Assembly: GCA_965208615.1 (NCBI GenBank)
Contig: CBDBPB010000006.1
Coordinates: 160,001-224,000, forward strand
From: Spirochaetota bacterium
Lineage (GTDB): Bacteria; Spirochaetota; UBA6919; CBDBPB01
DNA: 64,000 nt
Direction of reading: 5' to 3'
This document shows positions 22,678 to 31,198 of this stretch, piece after piece (within the stretch, counting starts at the first letter, position 1; each line of letters starts with the position of its first letter). The translations under genes and the position numbers were made by a program. A model generated the notes under the pieces. It made no database searches and was not told the origin of the DNA. It saw only the letters and a program-made list of their open reading frames with translations.

Positions 22678-23982
22678 ATGCCATATATCATATTATTAGT
22701 AATTTTATTTAGTTTACCAAGTTTATCCTTTGGAGAAAAAATACCCTATCCTAAAGGAGGACTTAAAAAAAATGATCTGTTTATTAAAAACTGGAATCCA
22801 GTTACAGGATTATCAGCATATATAAAATACGGTGACAGCAAAGTTAAATCCCTACCATATTTTAACTTTGACCTAAACCTTAGCTATTTACGCTTTTTTA
22901 TAAAAAGTGATGCAGAATGGGATAAAGCTTATAAAGAATATTTGTTTAGTCCATGGTTTACCTATATAATAGAAGTTAAACCTTTTGATTTTGCCTCATT
23001 TTTAACCTCTGGTAGTAAATACTCCATTTTTGTAGAACAAAATGAATGGCTTAGTAATCTAACTTTTATTGTTAGTAATAAAAACTTCGCAAGTACACAG
23101 TTTATTATACCTCCTCTACAGTGGTACTTCGACCTTCTAAACAGCTCTATAGAGATTAATAAAATTATAACTCCTAATCAAAATGCAACCTATAACTCTA
23201 TTATAGAGATATGGTACCCAAAAACCAAAGATATTGGATTTGGAATAGCTGATCGTATTCATATTTTCCAAAACCCCTATCATGCCCTTGGAATAATGGC
23301 TTATTTTGAGTTTAGCATTTCCACTAAAGATAAACAAGCCAAAGGAACTGATTCAGATACTCTAGAAAACTTTAATACTAAAAGATTTACTTTTGCTGGT
23401 CTATTTGGCCTTTTTTATAAGCTAAAACTTGATGATATAGAACTAGAATCTAATATTATATACCATATACTAAAAGGTAACTTTGATGACTGGATCTTGG
23501 ATGTAATAGAACATACCCTTGTTTTTTATACAGAAATAGTATTTATTGATATGATTTTACTACACCTTAACTATCACTTTATTTATGCTAATTATGGCGA
23601 ATTTAAAGAAGTTATACAATCCCATACTCTTAATCTGGGAGCAGAAATTAGAGGATTTGGAGATAAGGTTGAGTGGTTAGGATTAGGTTTTGATTTATTT
23701 TATCAAAATACCGATCAAAATATACCTGCTAATTATGCTTGGTTCACTAACTATAACGAATATGATGCTAAGCTTAAAAGCATAGGTCTTGTATTTTCCG
23801 TCAATTTTTTCCCTCTTTCTTTCCATGATAAAAACCATAGGTTAAAATTAGGTTTTCTTTTCGGATTATTTTATAATATTTGGGAGCGTCAAGGAGAAGG
23901 TATTTTTGACAGCTCTTCAGTTAACGAATCCGCTAAAAGCTGGTCAAAAGGATTTATGTTTAAGATAGATTATAAGTTTTAA
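22678..23982 (+). CDS. Putative outer-membrane beta-barrel protein
   Basis: Signal peptide, aromatic-rich alternating strands, C-terminal FMFKIDYKF (BAM-type terminal Phe). Confidence 0.65.
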   Translation: MPYIILLVILFSLPSLSFGEKIPYPKGGLKKNDLFIKNWNPVTGLSAYIKYGDSKVKSLPYFNFDLNLSYLRFFIKSDAEWDKAYKEYLFSPWFTYIIEVKPFDFASFLTSGSKYSIFVEQNEWLSNLTFIVSNKNFASTQFIIPPLQWYFDLLNSSIEINKIITPNQNATYNSIIEIWYPKTKDIGFGIADRIHIFQNPYHALGIMAYFEFSISTKDKQAKGTDSDTLENFNTKRFTFAGLFGLFYKLKLDDIELESNIIYHILKGNFDDWILDVIEHTLVFYTEIVFIDMILLHLNYHFIYANYGEFKEVIQSHTLNLGAEIRGFGDKVEWLGLGFDLFYQNTDQNIPANYAWFTNYNEYDAKLKSIGLVFSVNFFPLSFHDKNHRLKLGFLFGLFYNIWERQGEGIFDSSSVNESAKSWSKGFMFKIDYKF

Positions 23983-23988
23983 TAATTA

Positions 23989-24011
23989 AAACTCCCTAAT
24001 AAAGGGAGTTT
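23989..24011. terminator. Hairpin terminator between convergent genes
   Basis: AAACTCCCT-AATAA-AGGGAGTTT. Confidence 0.75.
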
Positions 24012-24016
24012 ACCTG

Positions 24017-24253
24017 TTATTTCTTTTTTTTCTTTTTTATCTTTTTTTCAGCTTCTTTTCTTAGCTTTTTTTTAAGGTCTTTCTTAAACTTCTTTTTATT
24101 TTTCTCTTTTTTTCCTTTTTTAAAACTATACCCGCCAAAAATCTCTTTTAAGCTTTTGCTAGTTTTTATGTTGTTCTGCTCTGATGTATAAGCAAAAGAC
24201 TTAAAACTAAAAATAAATAACACTAAGGTGAATAAAACTATCCCCTTTTTCAT
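24017..24253 (-). CDS. Small secreted protein with Lys-rich C-terminus
   Basis: AGGAG SD, signal peptide ending SFA, 78 aa, poly-Lys tail. Confidence 0.75.
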   Translation of the reverse strand: MKKGIVLFTLVLFIFSFKSFAYTSEQNNIKTSKSLKEIFGGYSFKKGKKEKNKKKFKKDLKKKLRKEAEKKIKKKKKK

Positions 24254-24317
24254 TATAATACTCCTATTGTTAAAAGGCTATAATAAAAGAGAAACACCTT
24301 AGGTATTAAAATATAAG

Positions 24318-24578
24318 TTATTTTTTTCTTCTAGCTTTTAATTTTTTCTTAAGATTCCTTCTTTTCTTAAGCTTATTTTTAATTCTGTTTTCCTTTGCTT
24401 TTTTGAGCATAGCTTTTCTTTTACTTTTTCTACGAGCAGTCTCTTCAAAAGACTCACTAGTAACAAGAGGTTTAACATTATTAACGTTTAAACCATTAAC
24501 ATTAGTATCCGCAGACGCCTTAGAACTAAAAATAAATACCCCAACAACAAAAACGCATAAAACTAATATACTTTTCAT
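24318..24578 (-). CDS. Small secreted protein with Lys/Arg-rich C-terminus
   Basis: AAGGAG SD before ATG 24578, signal peptide ending ASA, 86 aa. Confidence 0.75.
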   Translation of the reverse strand: MKSILVLCVFVVGVFIFSSKASADTNVNGLNVNNVKPLVTSESFEETARRKSKRKAMLKKAKENRIKNKLKKRRNLKKKLKARRKK

Positions 24579-24706
24579 TTGATACTCCTTATAAAGTTTA
24601 TACATAAGCTCCTAACTGAAACAGCTAAGAATTAACACAATTAAATAAACACTTAGTTTTAAATATAAATTAAAAACTTTATAATTAACTGAAATACTTA
24701 TAAATA

Positions 24707-25522
24707 CTACTTATTACTAAACTCCTTTATAGCTAAATATATTCTAGCTAAGCGTTCCTTATAATCTCCGTGTACGCCTCCTGTATGATGTTTAGTAAAT
24801 TTTACTGCATAAACCAATCCCTCAGGCGGATAAGCTGAAAGACTAGTAATTAAAACAGCTTTTATATCAGCATCAGCCTCCATATTAGCCTCATAACCCT
24901 TCATACCTGCAGACTTAGCCTTTAAAATAGTCTTTATAATCATCTTAGAATAATCATTATGAAAATCTCCAGAAGCTATTTTAAGCCCCTCTACCATTTC
25001 TTTATAGTGTCTGTAAATATTATCCTTAATTAACATTATAACATAGTGCTTTTTAGGATGTTCAAGGTATAAGTGTACCAACTCATGGGATAATATGCCA
25101 GCCATAACAATATCACCATCAATATTTAACTTTTTTGACTCTCTATATATATGAGAAATAAGCCCTGTAGTAATACAAATAAAGCCTCCAGGCAGTGTAA
25201 AGGCATTTTTTGCCCTTGTCTTATAAATAATAACCTCTGGTGAATAATAAGGCTCCCTCCAAAAACTTAGACTAGAACCATTATAATGTAGCTTTTTTAA
25301 CATTAACCTAAACTTTTGTTCTAAACTATTTAACTTATCACTAGGATTATATAAAGGAGTTTTACTATGGTTTATAGCTATCAAACCCATTAACCACTCT
25401 TCATATAATCCAATATCATTGTTTCTTCTATCAATCTCAGCTTTAGAAGGAAGATAACTACACTTAGTTATAAAAAAGGATAATAAAATTATTAATACTA
25501 TAAATAAGGCCTTATCTTTCAT
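24707..25522 (-). CDS. M48 family zinc metallopeptidase, lipoprotein
   Basis: Lipobox-like ITK-C, NAFTLPGG, HELVH, EADAD. Confidence 0.9.
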   Translation of the reverse strand: MKDKALFIVLIILLSFFITKCSYLPSKAEIDRRNNDIGLYEEWLMGLIAINHSKTPLYNPSDKLNSLEQKFRLMLKKLHYNGSSLSFWREPYYSPEVIIYKTRAKNAFTLPGGFICITTGLISHIYRESKKLNIDGDIVMAGILSHELVHLYLEHPKKHYVIMLIKDNIYRHYKEMVEGLKIASGDFHNDYSKMIIKTILKAKSAGMKGYEANMEADADIKAVLITSLSAYPPEGLVYAVKFTKHHTGGVHGDYKERLARIYLAIKEFSNK

Positions 25523-25546
25523 TGTCTACACCAAACAAATCAAAGA

Positions 25547-26404
25547 CTACTTCTTTTTAGCACTACTATACTTTCTTAGTACCTTAAGAATAAATAATTG
25601 ATCTTTAATATAACTTCTTTTCTTAAAAAAAGAATATTTTTTTAAAATAGCTAAAAGATTACTATTTATAGCTCCTTTATTCTTAACTCGTCTCTTCTTA
25701 GAAAAGCCCTTTGACGCCGCAGACAGCTCATCCTCTTCAGAAAAGCCTTTTGACGCCGCAGATAGCTCATCCTCTTCAGAAAAGCCCTTTGACGCCGCAG
25801 ATAGCTCATCCTCTTCAGAAAAGCCTTTTGACGCCGCAGATAGCTCATCCTCTTCAGAAAAGCCTTTTGACGCCGCAGATAGCTCATCCTCTTCAGAAAA
25901 GCCTTTTGACGCCGCAGATAACTCATCCTCTTCAGAAAAGCCCTTTGACGCCGCAGATAGCTCATCCTCTTCAGAAAAGCCCTTTGACGCCGCAGATAAC
26001 TCATCCTCTTCAGAAAAGCCCTTTGACGCCGCAGATAGCTCATCCTCTTCGGAAAAGCTTTTTTTTGTAGAGCTAAAATCATCTCTTTTTAACTTTTTTA
26101 CTAAAATATTATAAATGTTCTCATTTACAGGGACTAACTTATCTGAAAGCATTTTTATATGGATATAGCCAAACTTATTATTTATTTTAATCTTAGCCCA
26201 GTTTCTTTTCTGGAACATAATTCTAACTTCTCTCCCCTCCTCAAGGATATATAGGACTTTAGAAAGTATATTTGGTTTTGCATAAACAAATGAAAAGGCA
26301 TTCCTGATAACCTTTTTCGTAGCCATAGATAAATTAGGTAATATCAAAAAGATAAAGATTATTATAATAGTTTTTACTTCAAATCTTAAATTTATTATTC
26401 TCAT
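25547..26404 (-). CDS. Secreted SH3b-domain protein with 9 tandem 13-aa acidic repeats
   Basis: Signal peptide (SMA), SH3b pattern (AKPNILSKVL..G.EV..WAKIK..GYIH), (FSEEDELSAASKG)x9, basic tail. Confidence 0.85.
   Translation of the reverse strand: MRIINLRFEVKTIIIIFIFLILPNLSMATKKVIRNAFSFVYAKPNILSKVLYILEEGREVRIMFQKRNWAKIKINNKFGYIHIKMLSDKLVPVNENIYNILVKKLKRDDFSSTKKSFSEEDELSAASKGFSEEDELSAASKGFSEEDELSAASKGFSEEDELSAASKGFSEEDELSAASKGFSEEDELSAASKGFSEEDELSAASKGFSEEDELSAASKGFSEEDELSAASKGFSKKRRVKNKGAINSNLLAILKKYSFFKKRSYIKDQLFILKVLRKYSSAKKK
25700..26058. repeat. 39-bp in-frame tandem repeat, about 9.2 copies
   Basis: Unit CAGAAAAGCCYTTTGACGCCGCAGATAGCTCATCCTCTT; GACGCCGCAG recurs every 39 nt from 25713 to 26025. 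Confidence 0.98.
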
Positions 26405-26456
26405 ATTTAAAATATAAGATACTTATAACATTTATATTTTCTTTTTTTAAGAGGGT

Positions 26457-27674
26457 TTAGTTAGGCATTTTAAGCAGAGTTATACCATGGGATATGCTAG
26501 TTAATTCGTTGTTTTTTAAGAAATTAAGAATATCAGTATAAAAATTATATGAATGACCTATTACCTTTTCAATTATCCAAATTGCTTTAATTAAAATATC
26601 CTCATTAAGCTTTTCTTTATTATGCCATGATAAGCTAATTGCCATTATCCGTATTAAAGAATAAAAAAATATTAATAAAAAATATCCATCCCTTAGCTTA
26701 TAAAGAGCAAAACTCTTTCGTAATATATAAAATACAATATAATTCTCTATAATATGCTCAAACTCTTTACTGTTTGAAAAATAAAAATCAAAATAATCAT
26801 TAACATAATTCTCTATGCTATAAACTATAAACTCGTCTTCTAAGCCAAATAAATAACGCTTAGACAACCTCTTAAACGATTTACGCAACTCTATATACGG
26901 AATGTTAATAAGCCTTAGTCTTACAAACTCCTTAAGCAAAATTACCTGAAGTTTTACTGCATGGTTAACCTTTTTAACCTCTTCAGCAAAAAAAGAAGAT
27001 AACATAATATTTTTATTTCGCTTAATAATTCTCTCTATCTCTGAGTAATCATAATTTTTAACAGTCTCCAGCTGTCTTATTGTCAGCCCCAACAATATTA
27101 ATCTCTCATCCACCCTAAACCTTCTACACTGCATGATCTCAGTAAAATGATATTCTAATTCATAATAAAACTTTATAATACCATTAGTATAAAAAATATC
27201 CTTTGGTATATTAGCACTATATAAATTCCCGTTAGAGAAAAAATAGTTATCTGGATTTTTAATCATCCTTATTTTATCCCTTGACCTTAAAAGCCCTGCC
27301 GCCTCTGGACAAGAAAAAGTCATGGACAGCTCTTTTCCAAATGGAGTCTTATAAACTAACCTAGGGTATACCTTACAAATATCAGGTAATACACCAATGC
27401 CAAACTCTTTATGAATAGTACAAAGCCCAGTGGAAGTTAAAAGTCCGCATTTACCATTCTTAAGCTTTATATAAGCATAACTTTTATTACCTTTTTGCCT
27501 ATTCCTTTTAACATTATCCCTAAATAAACTAAAAAAATTATTACTCGCCATACATTTCTTTAATTTCGTATACGATTTCTTATCCATAGAGATATTCCAT
27601 ACTCCACAACATCTACCCTTCTGAGTGCATTTATAAGGAATCATTAAACTTGGAACAAAAACATCCTCTTTCAT
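26457..27674 (-). CDS. fliB: Flagellin lysine-N-methylase (FliB family)
   Basis: CxxxGxCCxxWxI, CGLL..GLCTIH, LPDICKVYPR, SCPEA, C-terminal EKVIGHS. Confidence 0.85.
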   Translation of the reverse strand: MKEDVFVPSLMIPYKCTQKGRCCGVWNISMDKKSYTKLKKCMASNNFFSLFRDNVKRNRQKGNKSYAYIKLKNGKCGLLTSTGLCTIHKEFGIGVLPDICKVYPRLVYKTPFGKELSMTFSCPEAAGLLRSRDKIRMIKNPDNYFFSNGNLYSANIPKDIFYTNGIIKFYYELEYHFTEIMQCRRFRVDERLILLGLTIRQLETVKNYDYSEIERIIKRNKNIMLSSFFAEEVKKVNHAVKLQVILLKEFVRLRLINIPYIELRKSFKRLSKRYLFGLEDEFIVYSIENYVNDYFDFYFSNSKEFEHIIENYIVFYILRKSFALYKLRDGYFLLIFFYSLIRIMAISLSWHNKEKLNEDILIKAIWIIEKVIGHSYNFYTDILNFLKNNELTSISHGITLLKMPN

Positions 27675-27709
27675 ACTCCCCCACTCTAAAAGTTATTATT
27701 AGAATATTA

Positions 27710-27737
27710 AAATCGGAAGGTTAATAAAGAATCTTTA
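27710..27737 (-). promoter_or_regulatory. Possible sigma28 promoter of fliB
   Basis: TAAA-N16-TCCGATTT on the minus strand. Confidence 0.45.
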
Positions 27738-27753
27738 AGGCTGGTTAGCTATA

Positions 27754-29031
27754 TTATTGTTTGATTTTACCAATAAGATAAGCCTTGTCTATACTGGTCG
27801 GTATTATTTCTATAAAATCCCCTATTACAGGCTCACCCCTAAACTTAACCCTAATGTAATTATCACTATATCCCGAGAAAAACCCATCCAATGACTGCTT
27901 TTCAACTAATACCCTTAAAGGCTTAAATAAAAAACCCTTTAAATAAAGAATAGAAAGCCTAGTGGATAATTCACGGACTAACAAACTCCTATTAGATTTT
28001 ACTCCCCCATCTACCTGATTAGACATAGACTCAGCTAAAGTACCTTTTCTAGAGGAAAACTTAAAAGTATGAATATGGGTTAAATTAAGCTCTTCAAGAA
28101 AAGATAGGGTCTCTAAAAACTCATTCTCTTTCTCACCAGGAAAACCCACCATAACATCAGTAGTAATGTTTATTAAAGGATGTTTTTTACGAATAAGATT
28201 TATAACTCCAGCAAAATAATCCCTTTTATAACCCCTTCCCATTAGCCTTAATATTCTATCACAGCCACTCTGAAGAGGAATATGAATATGAAAACACATC
28301 TTAGGATGAATAAATAAATCAATTAAATTATGGCTTATCTTATTTGGCTCCAATGAAGATAAATGAATCCTAAAATTACCAGGTATATCTAATACCTTTT
28401 TCAATAACATAGCTAAGTCATTTCCCTCATTGTAATAATCACCAATATTAATCCCAGTCAATATAACTTCTTTATATCCAAAATCAATTAGCTTTTTTAT
28501 AGAATATATAATATCTTCAGTAGACCTACTCTCAGCTCTCCCTCGTGCAATGGGAATCTTACAATAGGAGCAGTTTTCATTACATCCATCTTGGATTTTA
28601 ATAAAACTTCTGGTATGAAGAGTATCCTTAGCAATATTATAATCAAATAAACTAGGCTTAATTTTATTAATATCAACGAGTTCATTACTCAAAAACTTAT
28701 CAACAACCTTAAATAAACTATATTTTGCTTTGTTACCTATAACATAGTCTACCCCATCAATATTTTTAACTATATCCTTATTAGTCTCTGCATAACAGCC
28801 AGTTACAAAAACTAAAGCTGATGGATTAAGCCTGTTTACCTTGTTAATTATACCCCTAGACTTAGAATCACTCTTATTAGTAACAGTACAAGTATTAATA
28901 ATATAGGCATCCGCCTTATTGTTTACGGATACCACTTTATATCCATTTTTTATAAAATCAGAAATAAGGCTGTCAGATTCAAACTGATTTAACCTACATC
29001 CAAGAGTGCTAAAGCCAATTGTCTTATTCAT
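27754..29031 (-). CDS. mtaB: tRNA t6A37 methylthiotransferase
   Basis: TLGCRLNQFES, INTCTVT, KIQDGCNENCSYC, TRAM domain with GYSDNY. Confidence 0.95.
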   Translation of the reverse strand: MNKTIGFSTLGCRLNQFESDSLISDFIKNGYKVVSVNNKADAYIINTCTVTNKSDSKSRGIINKVNRLNPSALVFVTGCYAETNKDIVKNIDGVDYVIGNKAKYSLFKVVDKFLSNELVDINKIKPSLFDYNIAKDTLHTRSFIKIQDGCNENCSYCKIPIARGRAESRSTEDIIYSIKKLIDFGYKEVILTGINIGDYYNEGNDLAMLLKKVLDIPGNFRIHLSSLEPNKISHNLIDLFIHPKMCFHIHIPLQSGCDRILRLMGRGYKRDYFAGVINLIRKKHPLINITTDVMVGFPGEKENEFLETLSFLEELNLTHIHTFKFSSRKGTLAESMSNQVDGGVKSNRSLLVRELSTRLSILYLKGFLFKPLRVLVEKQSLDGFFSGYSDNYIRVKFRGEPVIGDFIEIIPTSIDKAYLIGKIKQ

Positions 29032-29903
29032 AACTCACAATCTTCATCACAAGGCCTAAAAAGTGTAAATAATACATCTTTTAGCCTATTCCTTTTTTCA
29101 TAAAGGGGATTACTATTACTAAATTCATCCTCTATAGCGGATAAAAATAATTTAATCTCTTTAGTAATAAGAAATATTAACTCCTTCTTAAAACTACTAA
29201 TATCATTAGAGTGATAGGCAATCTTGGTGGCTCCTATTCTTATTTTTATTTGACTTACTAATTCATCATGCTTACTCCGCAATAACTTATTAAAAATTAT
29301 TGAACTACTATCATAAACCATATGAACTTCAAACTTATAGTGTTTAATAAGCTTACTAGTAAAAGTACCCAAGTTATAATATGCATTTTTTTTATAACTT
29401 TTAGATTTATTAAGCTTCAAACTAACCGAATAAAAATCCACTAAATTAATTCCACCTTCTGTTTGCAAAAGAAAGTTTAACTTTTTCTTAACTCTACCTG
29501 CTAAGTAATGTTTCCTTTTTTCAACACTATTAATCATATAATAACTTTCTTGACTAATAGCATTCATTATAACGTTATTAACCTCTTTTTCTCTATTCTT
29601 AATTTCCTCAGCCATATCCTTATTTTTATGCTCCAAATATACCCTTGAATTAAAGAAAAAACTTCCATAAGGCTTTAAGTCAGAGGTAAACCTAAGACCA
29701 GGTAAGTCATTATATTGATAAGGTGTTGAATAAGGCCTTTTAGCCACAAAAGTCTCTAAAATAATAACTGCAATAATAATTATAAATATTATTATTGATC
29801 CAATAAAAATAGCCTTCTTTAAGTTCTTTGGATGAAGAATTTTACTAATTAGTAAAGCCTTACTTTTTCTAATATCATCCAGCTTTTGACCAATTTCTGC
29901 CAT
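29028..29903 (-). CDS. FliL-like membrane protein, apparently two FliL domains
   Basis: One TM, then two units of FTSxL..V.L....E(I/L)......I...I......L...I...(L/I)......(V/L).F. Confidence 0.55.
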   Translation of the reverse strand: MAEIGQKLDDIRKSKALLISKILHPKNLKKAIFIGSIIIFIIIIAVIILETFVAKRPYSTPYQYNDLPGLRFTSDLKPYGSFFFNSRVYLEHKNKDMAEEIKNREKEVNNVIMNAISQESYYMINSVEKRKHYLAGRVKKKLNFLLQTEGGINLVDFYSVSLKLNKSKSYKKNAYYNLGTFTSKLIKHYKFEVHMVYDSSSIIFNKLLRSKHDELVSQIKIRIGATKIAYHSNDISSFKKELIFLITKEIKLFLSAIEDEFSNSNPLYEKRNRLKDVLFTLFRPCDEDCEL

Positions 29904-29990
29904 ATATTAACTCCAACATAAAACCTTATATTAAATACTTATATCCTAAACATATAAAAATACTAAACAATTAATTATAAAATACCACAA

Positions 29991-30569
29991 TTAAAGCTTT
30001 TTTACCTCTATAAAAAAGAAATTTGTAAAATATATATCCTCTATAACTCCTTTTTCTAATAAAGAGTTAATCTCATTAATGAGCTCTTTTTTTAAACCAT
30101 ATTCTCTTTTATCTGCACTATTTATATCATATAAGTTCTTAGAGGATATTATAAGTTGTATTCTATCCTCAAGCTCTTTTTTTCTATCTTCTAACTCCTC
30201 GCCTAAATCACTGTGATCCTTTTTATATGCAAGATAAATCTCTGTTTTAACTATGACAGATTTGTCATCTTTTGGAGCAATATCTAAAGTCATATTAAAT
30301 TCTTTTGTTTTAAAAACAGATTTCTCAGAAAACTTAAGCATCTTAGGGAATTTATGAATATCTTCATCTTGAATAATAACTTTACTCTCTTTTTGCATGA
30401 TCCCATAAATTAAAAATGGAGTATAAAGCAAAATAAATAATATAACTATAATTCCTACAACCTTTTCAACGGTTTTTAGTATTTTTAATATTTTAGCTTT
30501 AATATAAAAAGTTTTTTCTTTTTTACTATCCTCCTGCTCTTCTTCTATATTTTCTATTTTATCTGCCAT
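29991..30569 (-). CDS. fliL: Flagellar basal body-associated FliL family protein
   Basis: TM, then ELEDRKKELEDRIQLIISSK..LKKELINEINSLLEKGVIEDIYFTNF. Confidence 0.85.
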   Translation of the reverse strand: MADKIENIEEEQEDSKKEKTFYIKAKILKILKTVEKVVGIIVILFILLYTPFLIYGIMQKESKVIIQDEDIHKFPKMLKFSEKSVFKTKEFNMTLDIAPKDDKSVIVKTEIYLAYKKDHSDLGEELEDRKKELEDRIQLIISSKNLYDINSADKREYGLKKELINEINSLLEKGVIEDIYFTNFFFIEVKKL

Positions 30570-30696
30570 AATTACTCTCCATAAAAAACCTTTTTAACTT
30601 TTTCGGATAGTAGCAATAATAATAAATTAAATTAGTAAAATTTATCTCGATTTATGTTAAATATTTTTTTTTATATTAGTTAACTTAAAAAATTAC

Positions 30697-30725
30697 TTGA
30701 CAATATCTTAATGAATGATTAAAAT
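30697..30725 (+). promoter_or_regulatory. Sigma70 promoter
   Basis: TTGACA-N17-TAAAAT. Confidence 0.7.
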
Positions 30726-30829
30726 TAACCTAATTCTTTATGAAATAAATTAAACTTATTATTCAAAATATTATAGCTATATTTAATCAGTTTATTATAA
30801 CTTAAAGTTAATGCTTAGGGAGAAAACGA

Positions 30830-31147
30830 ATGAAGAGAAATGTTATTATATTTAGCTTGTTAGTAATTTTTTTTATTATATTTACCTTTGTTGTATTAGT
30901 AGGATTTCAGGAAAAAGATAGCATAAAATATTTTGAAACATTTAAGTTTATAAAAAAACCTAATAAAATTAAAGAAATAATCCTAATTAATAAGCTATCC
31001 CCCAGCGAAGTAAAAGGTAAATGGCACTTAAAAGTACTGCTTGATCAAGATAATAATTTAATTAAATTTGAAAATCGTGATAAGTTAGGCAATGTGCATG
31101 AGACTATAGATACTCTTGGCTCTCTTAAGGTTAATATACAAGAATAA
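30830..31147 (+). CDS. Hypothetical membrane-anchored protein
   Basis: GGGAG SD, N-terminal TM, 105 aa. Confidence 0.7.
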   Translation: MKRNVIIFSLLVIFFIIFTFVVLVGFQEKDSIKYFETFKFIKKPNKIKEIILINKLSPSEVKGKWHLKVLLDQDNNLIKFENRDKLGNVHETIDTLGSLKVNIQE

Positions 31148-31198
31148 ATAATTTTAAAAAAAAAGAACTGACAACTCTCTCCAATAAACTATGTTAAT

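Noticed and set aside
25700-26058. CRISPR array
   Set aside because: Units are contiguous with no unique spacers, are a multiple of 3 and lie in frame in a CDS; no cas genes.
25666-26082. Alternative-frame ORFs 25666-26082(-) and 25711-26070(+)
   Set aside because: Open only because the repeat lacks stops; the repeat variants are synonymous only in the SH3-gene frame.
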